DNA of 35,886 bases from Spirogloea muscicola (taxonomy: Eukaryota). The notes under the pieces were generated by a model. That model did no database searches and was not told where the DNA came from. It worked only from the letters and a program-made list of their open reading frames with translations. Below, piece after piece: positions 11,386 through 22,100 of this stretch. The stretch's first letter is position 1. Every line of letters begins with the position of its first letter. The position numbers and the translations under genes are program-made. The DNA lies in assembly GCA_009602725.1 (NCBI GenBank), contig WELB01000032.1, forward strand, positions 382,627 through 418,512, read 5' to 3'.

Positions 11386-12528
11386 GCATGCACACCTGCT
11401 GTACCCATCCAACTGACTAGCAAAGTCCACTGCAGAAGGCAGACTGCCTGCAGCCTGATCCGCATGGTGACGTTTAGCCAGTAGTCTCCTGGAGGTGGCA
11501 GCATTGATTGCTGCGAGGCACAGTTCCAGGGACTTTTCCAATTTTGGTGTGTTGAGGGAGTGTAGTTCGTAATAAAGTATGCCAAGCTTACCTGCCAGGG
11601 CGGGTGTGGGTGTTGTGCAAGCCCATCGGCTTGCGGACATTGTGCACTCTGTGGCCAGCTTTGCATACGAGCTACTCATTGCTTCTGCCTTGTAGGCCAA
11701 CATTTTCAGCAGTCTGCGGAACTGGGGCGCTGCCACCTGCTGCTGAGTCACACAATCTAATGCAATATGCTGGCGAGAGATATAAAAGTATGCAGCATTT
11801 TCGAAATGAGAGGACACAGCATTGCACTTTCAGGGCCTCGCTTTTGGTGCGCTCTGCATGAGGAGGCGTGCAGGTCCCTCTGTCGTTGAGACTACATGAG
11901 ATCTGTCACCTGTCTGTATTAGGCAGTGGGGTTTGCATGCTGCATCACTGATTGTAAATAGCAAGCGGGGCACATTGCGTCCTGAGCTCATTGATACTGG
12001 CCAACCATCAGCTATGTAATGCTTGACTGTTGAGTCGTCACATCATTTTGCACATCGAAGAAATGATTTGCTTGACTGCCGATTTTGAGCCACAGTTGAC
12101 CACGGGCTGACAGGCACACGAGCATCGGCTTTGACGGGAGCAGTAGAGTCACCATGCCGGCAGATAGGAACTTAAGCTGCGGCGGTGGTTATGATAGATA
12201 GGCCCATGCTCAGTAAGCTGCTGGACGAAGCAGCTCTTCTAAAGGGGGCGAGGTCTGTCAGAAGTCAGCCAAAAATGTTCAGGATCCAAAACGGGTAGGA
12301 GCTGTACCGCCAATCGTTTGAGGCGGCAAACATGGTACAGCACGACCTTGAAGAAGCGCCTTTAATAAGGGGCGCAGTGACCCGGATGGGCAGATACAGC
12401 ATGAGCAAAGGCTGGCGCAGCCAAGAGGTGCCTACTTCAGGCACCTTGTAGACTCAGATGGCCGACTGGCGAGTTTGAAGCGCCTCCTATATCTGGACTA
12501 CAGCTCTTCCAGGCAGTGGCTGTGCAAG

Positions 12529-12701
12529 GCCAGCCCACTAGAGAATGGACAAGGTCCAAAGAACCGAAATGCGCCTAAAGCACACAGCTATGCACGAGAC
12601 TACGGCGGATGGGAGCTTAGTAACCCCGAGTTAGCAGCAGCAGCAGCAAGTCGTAGTAACTTGCAGCTGGAAAAGAGGGCACCCTGGCGAGACCCAGACG
12701 C
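12529..12701 (+). repeat. Diverged ~170-bp dispersed repeat, copy 1 (copy 2 at ~17819-17991)
   Basis: Collinear shared blocks: gccagccc...aagcaca...acga...ctacg...ct(t/c)agtaacccc...agcagc...ctggaa...ccctggc(g/c)aga(c/g)ccagacgc. Confidence 0.55.
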
Positions 12702-12819
12702 AGCAGCCACAGCGCGGCCTGCCCGCAAGAGCACTGCGTGCGCCAGAGAGAAGTGCGCGCCCGCCGCGCGAGAAGAAGGGGCTGGCACCAGAGAGCGTTT
12801 CAAAGAAGCGTTCCTTCCG

Positions 12820-13028
12820 TTCACTTCACGCGCACCGCGCGACTTTCGTCTGCGAGCGGCGAGGTGGCCGTACTCTTGCTGCCGCCTCGGGCTGTCGTCA
12901 AGGGGACCGCTTTCCGCTTAGCCACCAGTTAATCTGGCCGCGCTTGCTCTCTTTCACTGTGGAGAAGGGGCTCACTTCCTTCTCATCGGCCTCGCTTTCA
13001 ATCTCATGCGCACCGCGCGCCTTGTCTC
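12820..13028 (+). promoter_or_regulatory. Two copies of a TTCA..(C)ATGCGCACCGCGCGCCTT-like motif upstream of VPS4
   Basis: 12820-12846 ttcacttcacgcgcaccgcgcgacttt and 12995-13023 ctttcaatctcatgcgcaccgcgcgcctt; the same motif recurs inverted at 18478-18568. Confidence 0.5.
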
Positions 13029-13167
13029 ATAGTCCTCGCCGTTCGGCAGAGCTCCCCCCCTCTGCCTTCGAAATCACCCATTCCCACTTCTTCCTCTTGC
13101 CCGTGCCGCTCCGGGAAGGCCCCCTCCTCCCGCCGCCCTCGTGGACGGTTGCCCTCCCCCCTCCTGG

Positions 13168-13170
13168 CCA

Positions 13171-13204
<34 letters not shown>

Positions 13205-13230
13205 GCCGCCGCCACCGCCGCCGCCGCCGN

Positions 13231-13293
<63 letters not shown>
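13168..13293. repeat. (GCC)n microsatellite interrupted by an N and an A31 run in the VPS4 5' region
   Basis: GCC tract, single N at 13230, poly-A 13231-13261, then the GCC tract resumes. Confidence 0.85.
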
Positions 13294-13297
<4 letters not shown>

Positions 13298-13358
13298 CCG
13301 TCGCCGGGCCGGCGCCTGCGGCGGTCGCGCCGGCGCCCGTCCGGCCCGCGCCGCCAGC

Positions 13359-16179
13359 ATGTACAGCAACTTCAAGGAGCAGGCGATCGAGTACGTGAAG
13401 CAGGCGGTGGCGGAGGACAACGCCGGCAACTACGTCAAGGCCTTCCCGCTCTACATGAATGGCCTCGAGTACTTCAAGGTGCGCCACTGCTTGCTCTCGC
13501 GACGGCGGCTCTGGTGCCTCCGCCATCGCTCCCATGGCAGACCGCTGCGATTGCTGGACACACCATCGGCTGTGACCAGGCTGGCCCTTCTGCCAGCAGT
13601 GGCTCGTCAGCCTAGGCCCACCACGCAGGCCTCCCCTTGCCCTTTGTCTGGCCCTGCCTGACTGGCACTGTGCTCGGGTCCTCACAGACGCACTTGAAGT
13701 ACGAGAAGAACCCTAAGATCAAGGAGGCGATCACGCAGAAGTTCACGGAGTACCTGCGCCGCGCCGAGGAGATCCGTGCGGTGCTCGACGGCGATGGCGC
13801 CGCTCCCAATGGGGATGCTGCTGTTGTGACCAAGGTAAAGACCCCATTGATCACTTGAGCGACTTGTGGGCCTCAGAGGCTCATGGAGGCCAGCACCATG
13901 CATGCGTGCGAGGAGCCGTGAGGCCAGACGTTGACAGCGCCCTTTGTTTGCTAGCCCAAGACCAAGAATGGGAAGAAGGATGGCGATGGTGGGGGCGACA
14001 ACGGCGAGGACCCCGACGTTGCCAAGCTTCGGCTGGGCCTCAACTCAGCAATCATTCGGGAGAAGCCGGACATCAAGTGGAGCGATGTGGCCGGCCTGGA
14101 GGGCGCCAAGCAAGCACTGCAGGAGGCTGTCATACTGCCCGTCAAATTCCCCCAGTTTTTCACAGGTGAGCTGCTGCGTAGACGGGCGGCTCTGCTGAGG
14201 CCATATCTCGGTGCATCACCTCTGCACTGCGGCGTCTACTGCAAGGCCGTGATTTGTGCATCCTCTGGCTGGGCCGCAGGCAAGCGCAGGCCCTGGAGGG
14301 CCTTCCTGCTTTATGGCCCCCCAGGCACAGGCAAGTCGTACCTGGCCAAGGCGGTTGCCACCGAGGCAGACTCCACGTTCTTCAGGTACATAGGGCTTCA
14401 CCACTGTTCCACGTGTGTGGCATGCTCTTGTACAGGCGCTGGGGGAGCTTCCTCTAGGGCACTCTTGCATGAGTGCTCAATGCTGGGCTCGGGAGTGCTG
14501 GGTCTGTCAGAGCCTGAATGTGGCATTGGAGTCAAAGGCCTCCTCAGTTACCTGGACGTTTGACTTAAGGCTCACAGCTGTGTTTGGTTGTGGTTCGCTG
14601 TCCTCTGTGCCTCAATCAGCATCTCGTCGTCAGACTTGGTGTCCAAGTGGATGGGCGAGAGCGAGAAACTAGTCGCCAACCTCTTCCAAATGGCCCGGGA
14701 GAGCGCACCCAGCATCATATTCATCGACGAGATCGATTCCCTAGCAGGGACGCGTGGAGAGGGCAATGAAAGCGAAGCATCAAGACGAATTAAGACAGAG
14801 TTTCTGGTGCAAATGCAGGTATGGCAAGGGACAAGTGAGGGCAACTTGCTGACAAAATTAATATCTACAAGTGACTGGAGTGCAGCATGGTGAAATATAT
14901 TAGGGCTGTGGACAAGCAGAGCAGTTGACGTCCTCAAGAAAGGCTAGTCGTTCTGACATGGGCAAGTGTTTGTTGAGCTGTGGCAGGGAGTCGGCAACGA
15001 CGATCAGAAGGTGCTGGTGCTCGCTGCGACCAACACGCCTTACTCCCTTGACCAGGTCAGTCTGCAGCTGATGCCCGTTGCAGCACTAGAACTTGCCGAA
15101 GATCCTGCTTGGCGTTCGAGAATACAGAAGGGGCAGAAAGGGGCAGAAATTGGATATGAAGACCTGCCAGTCTGTTCATACCATTGGTCATGTCCTGCTT
15201 CGCTGTCATATCTCACTTATGTATGCCCACGATTAGGCTAACCAGTCAGCTTGATCCTCTGCACAGGCTGTGAGAAGGCGATTTGACAAGCGAATATACA
15301 TTCCTTTGCCAGATCTGAAGGCCCGCCAGCACATGTTTAAGGTACTGGCAAGCCATGCATTGTGCTGATTTTGCATCAGTGCTTGAGTACAATGGGTTCA
15401 GACTCAGCCTGACCTGGGGTGAGTCTGTGACAGGTGCACCTTGGGGACACCCCCAACAATCTCACTGAAGCTGACTTTGAGGACCTTGCTCGGAGGAGTG
15501 AGGGGTACTCTGGTTCAGACGTTTCTGTTGCGGTGCAGTCACCTGCTTGGTCTTCAGCCTGCGCGAGTTGCTGGAATTTACATCTTGCCTGCCCTAAGTT
15601 CAATGCTCATCGTGCTTGCTGTGAAGTCTGTCTACTCAGCTGGTTGTTTTTCAAGGCCTACCATGACTGCTGCATGCTCAATGATAACCGGTTGGTTTGC
15701 GTTTTTTGCAGGTGAAGGATGTGCTATTTGAGCCCGTACGCAAGACGCAGGATGCTATGCACTTCAAAAAGGTCAAGAGCGCAGACGGCGAGATGTTGTA
15801 TATGCCGTGTGGGCCACGCGATCCGGAGGGTGTGCAAATCTCAATGCAGGAGCTGGCAGCACAGGGACTGGGGTCACAGGTGCACAGTCCCTGGATGCGC
15901 CCGCTTACTGTGATGCCAAAATGATGTCCGTATACTCTCGGCACTTCTTGGGGTGGCAACTGTTTGATTTAGAATGCGGAAGGCCCCGATGGCACAGTGT
16001 TACATGTGATGCCTGATTGTCAAACCCATCCTTTGCTTATTGTGATGCTGCAGATCCTTCCCCCACCAATTAGCAAGTTGGACTTTGACAAGGTGCTTGC
16101 GCGGCAGCGACCTACAGTCAGCAAGGCCGACTTGGAGGTGCATGAGAGATTTACCAAGGAATTTGGCCAAGAGGGTTGA
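13359..16179 (+). CDS. VPS4: Vacuolar protein sorting 4 / SKD1 AAA+ ATPase (ESCRT-III disassembly), 439 aa
   Basis: 10 GT-AG exons: 13359-13478, 13688-13834, 13955-14165, 14280-14385, 14620-14818, 14987-15055, 15267-15341, 15434-15532, 15712-15879, 16054-16179; total 1320 nt. MIT domain [17 protein letters not shown], Walker A GPPGTGKS, Walker [24 protein letters not shown]-terminal FTKEFGQEG. Confidence 0.97.
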
Positions 16180-17818
16180 GACGGGCCAGGAAGTGTGGAA
16201 GTGACATGCCATGTCACGTGCTTATAGGCCATGTGTGGCGGGGATGCAGCCCTTTCCTCCCCATTGTACAGGAGTACAGTGAGCCCACTCCGAATCACTA
16301 TGGTGCAGGCACGCCGCTTGCTCTTGAAAGACCATTACCCTCAACCTTTTTATGCTCCAAGTAAGCTATGGAGTACGGTGAGGAAGCGAGCTAGTGAAGA
16401 GCGGTTCAGTCGTAGCGTGTCATGGATCATCTTGCATCAGAAGTGGGAGCACCTGAAAGCAGGTGATTGGTTTCAGGCAGCCATGTGCTGGGGCTGGGCC
16501 TACTGGTGGGCAACAGAAGTCAAAAAGTTACGGCATCTCGATTTGGACAGCATGTGCCAGAATCCAAGTGGCAAGTGGCTGGGCCGGCGTAGCCTAGGTC
16601 CATGCACGATCATCCAGGGCTTGCAGTTGTGCCGCCAGTGTTGAGGGCCGATAAGCGGCAGGTCAGCAACCACTACTGCAATGGCACCAAAGAGTCAGAA
16701 GTGGGAAGACAAGCTGATGCGCCCCCAAAACCTTGCGCGAACCAGGTGTGAGCAGTGACATGTTCACCTTTTCTTCAATTGCAGGTGGTGCCCACCTTTT
16801 TGGCGCTCAGAAAAACTCCCGAAGTCTGCAGAGTGTTTGGGGTGCACATAGGTAGAATGGACAGCTACACCCAACCTACAGGACTTTGAGATCGTGTAGT
16901 TAACAGCTGCACGAGCCATGTGATACAGTTAGCAATGAGCGCAGGACACGTGTTCTTGCCATCAGACAGCTCCTGCGGCAGGGGCATGACCCTTGGGCAT
17001 GCGAGAGGCAAAGCAATGACAGGCTCTCTTGAGGGCGCTGCAAGTGGAGTTGCAAGCTTGCGGCTGCTGTGCAGTGTGAGAGGCATGGCATGGCCAGATT
17101 GCCACAGGAACCTCCTGGAAGCACCTCGAAATAGCTCTAGCAAAGCAATGGCTGTGTAAGGCCAGCCAAACGAAAGAGCTCTTCCACTGTAAGTATTGGC
17201 TGTGATTGGCCAGCCCAATAAGGAATCAAGAGAAGAGGGAACCTCCAGATCAAGGAGGGAGCCAGAGCTAAAGACAAGCAGTCTCCAGCATTGAGGGTTA
17301 TGAGCAGAGTGGAAGATTGACGTGGCAGAGATCTCGAAATGAGGCGGGCCCGTCGGGCTGTCCACCATTTCTACTGGCCCTGCCAGAAACCGCTGCACAA
17401 ACGGGCGCTGCTCGCAGTGCACCTGCTACAATTCTCCTGTTAATACGCTGCAGAGGCGGCAGCCGTCTGGCGGTGGGAAGGTGCCTGCAGCTTCCTCTGG
17501 GGCAAACAGATCTTTAACTTGTATTGGAGAGAGACCAGGAATCTTCCTTCGCCAGCCCATGGAAGTGGCCACAATTGTGTAGGTATTATTATGTAGGATA
17601 ATCACATAGTAACCTCTAGTGAGCAGCCGCAAGTAAGAAAGACTAGCCGCCAGTCCCCTTCACGAAAGCTAGAGGCTGCAGCTAGAGCAAGGTCCAGAAA
17701 GGCGCACAAACACGAATACTACTACGCGTGAATGGATGCTCATCAACCTCTAATCAACAGATGCAGAGGGGCCTTCTGGGATGAAGGGCTCGCCCATTGA
17801 GGATAGGGGCTGGAAAAA

Positions 17819-17991
17819 GCCAGCCCCAAAAAAATAGAACAACGGACGAGAAGGGGCCAGGGAAGTACGAAGAACAACAAGCACAAAAAAGAAACGAAGC
17901 AGCTACGAGGCACTCAGTAACCCCTGCAAAGCAGCCTCAGGTCAGAGAGACTGGGTTCCTGGAAGCGGCTCCCCTGGCCAGAGCCAGACGC
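17819..17991 (+). repeat. Diverged ~170-bp dispersed repeat, copy 2; an additional partial copy at ~17670-17760
   Basis: Collinear with 12529-12701; the partial copy shares caaggtcca...gcgc...cacga...actacg...atgg..gct.a..aacc. Confidence 0.55.
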
Positions 17992-18477
17992 TGGGGGCCT
18001 AGCCTGGCGCCAGGGCCGATGGCCTCCTCGATGGGCAGCATCGGACGGTCCGCGAGCGGCCTTCCGCTTTTAGTGGAATCTGCTATTGCTAAATCGGGTT
18101 GACGGCCAGCAGCCCTATGGGCGAAAGGCGGCGGCAGTGCCTCCGGACCCACTTTTGGGCACCCACTGAGCACCTCCTGCGTTGTAATTGCGTACCTTTA
18201 TGATCTAGGACCCCTGGCCTCATCTGTCGGAGAAAGGGCCACCAAATTTAGCTGGGGGTGTTTGGCCGCCGCTGGACAGGGGGCCCGCTGCGGCGGCAGC
18301 GAAGCGGCGCGAGCTGTCCACTCACGAGCTGACGAAACAGCGACGGGGGTTGGTGGAGAAGTGGGACCGAGGAAGCGAATCGACGATGAGACGTTAGCGG
18401 AGCGGAGCGGAGCGAGCTGAGCGGAGATGCCGGGAAAGGCTTCGCTCGGTCGCTTGGAACGTAAGGGGCGACGAGGA

Positions 18478-18568
18478 GAGAAGGCGCGCGGTGCCATGTG
18501 AAGAAAGCGTTGGAATCCAAGCCAAGCCAATCCAGAGAGAAGGCCCGCGGTGCGCATGAAATTGAAAG
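18478..18568 (-). promoter_or_regulatory. Two inverted copies of the same TTCA..CATGCGCACCGCGCGCCTT-like motif upstream of METTL13
   Basis: Reverse complement of 18540-18568 is ctttcaatttcatgcgcaccgcgggcctt (27/29 identical to 12995-13023); reverse complement of 18478-18509 is cgctttcttcacatggcaccgcgcgccttctc. Confidence 0.5.
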
Positions 18569-18973
18569 GGACGCCAATTCAGTGTTCAGGCATAAGCTAG
18601 AAGCAAAAGGTGAGGCTACATGGAAACGAAGCCCTGCGCTAAACCGGCTAAGGTAACGTAGTGGGTGGGGGCCGCCGACACTGGGCCGCCTCTCTCGCGC
18701 CGCCCACGGGCCTAACCTCCCCAACCCCGGACTCCCCGCGTCCGCCTCCGGAGAGGGCGGAGGGCGCCCCTGCCGCTGCAGTTCGCCCGCCCGCCCCCCC
18801 CCGTGGCCAGCCATGGCCCCTCCGCTGCAGTCCTCCCCCTCCCCGCAACCTCCTCATCCTCTCGCGCGCCCCGCCGCCGCCGTCGCCGCCGCCGCCACCG
18901 CCGCCGCCGTCGCGGATGCCGGCGCTGCGCCTGCGCATGCAGCTGCCGTTAGCCCAGGTCCCGTGCCTGGCGC

Positions 18974-19092
18974 CCTCACAACCAGGGACGCGGGTGCTGC
19001 GCCACCGCAGCTCGCGCGGTTGCGGGAGCCAAACCTCACAACCAGGGACGCGGGTGCTGCGCCACCGCAGCTCGCGCGGTTGCGGGAGCCAA
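18974..19092. repeat. Exact tandem duplication (59 identical bp, period 60) upstream of the METTL13 ATG
   Basis: 18974-19032 equals 19034-19092 (cctcacaaccagggacgcgggtgctgcgccaccgcagctcgcgcggttgcgggagccaa). Confidence 0.95.
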
Positions 19093-19185
19093 CGGGCCGC
19101 GCGCCTCGCGGGCGGCTCTCGTCTCGCGCGACCGTAGGCCGCCTTCCATGCGCGGGCGTCGCCGAAGCGGTAGCGGCAGGGTGGC

Positions 19186-22100
19186 ATGGATCTCCTGCCG
19201 GCGGACTTTTCAGAATTTAGATCCAAGCAATTCTGGGAGACGTTCTTTGAGCGGCGAGGCGACGAGCCCTTCGAGTGGTACAGCGAGTGGGACGAGCTCC
19301 GGGGCTTTCTTCGGGACTCCTGCGCCACCGACGAGGACATACTGGTGGCAGGATGCGGCAACTCGGAGCTCTCTGCGCAGTGGTTCGATGCAGGGTACAC
19401 CAAGATCACAAACATCGACTTCTCCAGAAAGGTCATCCAAGACATGCTGAAGAAGCACGTCACGGTCCGGCGTACCATGAGGTGGCTTGTCATGGACATG
19501 ACCAGCACAAAGGTGAGGGCCACATCTCTGTAGCGCGTTTGTCCAGTTGGTATCATCTCAGCAGCCAAGTTCCACTGGTGTGACAAATTAAAGTGGCTGT
19601 CATGTCGCTTGTGTATGTGGCGTCCTCATCAAGCTGCAGCAAGAGCCTCTGGTGCTTTACAGTTGACAACTGAGGCAAGAGCAAGCCTTGGAATATCTTA
19701 GGTCTGGTGCTCTTGCGTCAATAACACTCGGATTGCAGGCATGTCACTCAAGCTTTGCAGGGCTAGATAGAGTGAGAGGATGTGAACAGATGGATATTTG
19801 ACCGCGCCACTACTTAACACAGTAACCTCCATTCTTCGTCATCCTGCTCACACTATCTGGCCTGGCTAATTGCTTTGGCCCCCAGAGAATAAAGCTTCTG
19901 TAGCAGAAATACACCATCATCTCTGTGATGAAATTGTGTGCACTCCTCCTCGCTGCACGTTTTGTGCAGTTTCCAGACGCCACATTTGATGTTGTGTTTG
20001 ATAAAGGGGGTTTGGACGCCCTCATGGGAGAACCAGGGGAGGAGGCTACTGCTGCTGGTCAACGTTTTCTCTCCGAGGTAAGCTTGACTCTTATTTTTGT
20101 CAGAGGACTTGTATTTGGCGTTCAACAGCACTCTGCCTTTGCTCTGTCAACCCTAGCATGGCTCAATCATGCTAAGCAACACCTTGTCCAAGGGAGTGGA
20201 ACTGCTAACAATTGGCCAAGTTGTACGTCATCCTTCCACCGTAATGCTCCTTTCTTGGCACTGAATTCAACATGCAACCTTGGAGTACTTTTTACGAGCA
20301 CTGTTTGACGCAGGCCTTATCATTGATCATCAGATGTTGAACAGATTTCCTGCTTCCACCACCAATGACTGCATACTTACGATGGCTTTTCTCACTGCTG
20401 TACCCCCAGGTAGCACGACTCATAAAGCCAAATGGAGGACGCTACATTTGCATAACGCTGGCACAGGAGCACATTCTCGGTGAGACTTGCAAGACATGCC
20501 CTGAGACTTTGATAGCGACTGACTAGCCAGGAAAGTGAGGCAGACCTTGATTTGTGGTGGGGTGGAGGGAGCCCACACTGTGATGGCAAGATCTGTCTAG
20601 TGCATCCTGCGCACAAATTCAGGGGCAGCATCTGATAGGGGTTGTGATTCATGACAGTGGCTTGTCTTTCACATTGTTAGCGGGCTCTACAGTGCTCTTA
20701 GATGCCTCCAGTGCACAAAACAGCAAGTGCTGAGCAACTCTGCTGTCTCTCCTGTGTCTCCTTCTCCCCGCCTCTTGCCCCCACCCTGCCTACCTCCCAC
20801 CACCTCCCAACATCTTACTGCTCCATCTTCTTCTGCCCTCCATTTCCATCTCTCTTGAGCCTATTCTCCTTCCTGACAGAGCTCCTCCTGGCCAAGTTTC
20901 GAAGTCAATGGGAGGTCTCAATACACCAAATTCCACCATCAGCAAGAAGTGTCCGGTCAAGTCTGAGACCTTTCCTGGTTGTTGCAAAGAGCGTGCACAA
21001 CCCCCAAGGAGAGCAAGTATCACCAGTTGCTCTCACTTTCTCCCACGCAGTCTCTGAGGGCAGTGATGACTTTCAGGTCAGCGTAGCTCCAAGCAGATCT
21101 TATCTCTTTCACCAAAGCAGCAAGTCCTCATGAGATTCTTATGGCAATCATGTCTAAGCTGATGGCAGACTTGGCCTAGTTGTGAGAATAGCGATTTCTG
21201 TCCTTGTTTGATTAGCTTCTTGTTCTTGCCATAGATGACTTCACTTCTCAGTGTCGTCAACACTGAGAACGAGAGACGGAGGAGGAATATGGAAGCACAC
21301 CTCATAAGTCCAGAAGAGGCAGCACCTTGCTCAAGGGATGTTAATGGCTGCACAAGGGAACCTGAAGATAATGGCGTCGACCTTGACTCCATCGAACCTG
21401 GAAGGAGGGTTGTCAGAACCCTGTTTGGTGGCAAGTATACAGCATTTGTGATGGATTCCAAAAAGGAGTTTCCAAAATCCACGACCAACTGCGGCGTCTT
21501 CCTCATCCCCCAAGTAGGACACATACAGGCCTGCACCTCATTGAGTGTGCCTCTACTTTGTTGGGGACGTTGGCTCTGACTTGAGTGGCACAGCACACTA
21601 ACCAGTGCGTTGAGCACACTGACTGTCACTCATAAGCGGGTGCTCTGCTTGCAGGGTCGAGAGCATGAGTACATCTTCAACCGCGAAAATGGCCATTGGC
21701 AGATTGTTGAGAGTGCAAGGGCTGCTCGGTTGATTATAGTCCACTTAAATCGTGGGTACAAATTTGTCTCAAATGCTGCAGTGCAGGTTGGACACCAAAA
21801 TTGTGACTCACATTTGAATCTTTCTGATCTTTCAACTTGCTTTCATTTGCAAGGGCTCCTACTAACACCTGCTCAATAGCAAGCAAGTGACATTCTCTCA
21901 ACACCTTGCTCAATCGTGCGCGGGGCCTGCAGCTAACTATAGTTGCTTGTATATGCTCAGACGGAGCTCTCGCCCGAGGTCATAAAACTTGCTCCTGCAT
22001 CCTGTAGGGACAACCCCTCTCAGATATCGTGCGTAAGCAAGCTCGCTTGGCGCAATCTGCTTGCATGTGGCCCTTCCTATGGCCCCAGTTTGTTGGATAA

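Noticed and set aside
10671..11817. Long minus-strand ORFs (331 and 259 aa) opposite pTAC16, and similar shadow ORFs at 8243-8947, 18648-19586 and 31156-32981
   Set aside because: Antisense or GC-rich shadow frames of real exons, with low-complexity translations and no recognisable motifs.
13230..13261. A31 run as the poly(A) tail of a retroposed element, or as a poly-Lys/poly-Phe coding tract
   Set aside because: It starts at an N, sits inside a GCC microsatellite and has no element body; most likely a gap-filling artefact. VPS4 starts at the conserved MYSNFKEQ downstream.
16865..17422. 185-aa minus-strand ORF containing RRFLW (LINE-like word)
   Set aside because: A single short word without the expected following PK..GGLG motif, and on the opposite strand to the other LINE-like hints.
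7596..19092. CRISPR-like or other repeat-spacer array
   Set aside because: The repeats found are direct tandems without spacers or are dispersed; the context is eukaryotic and no cas-like genes are present.
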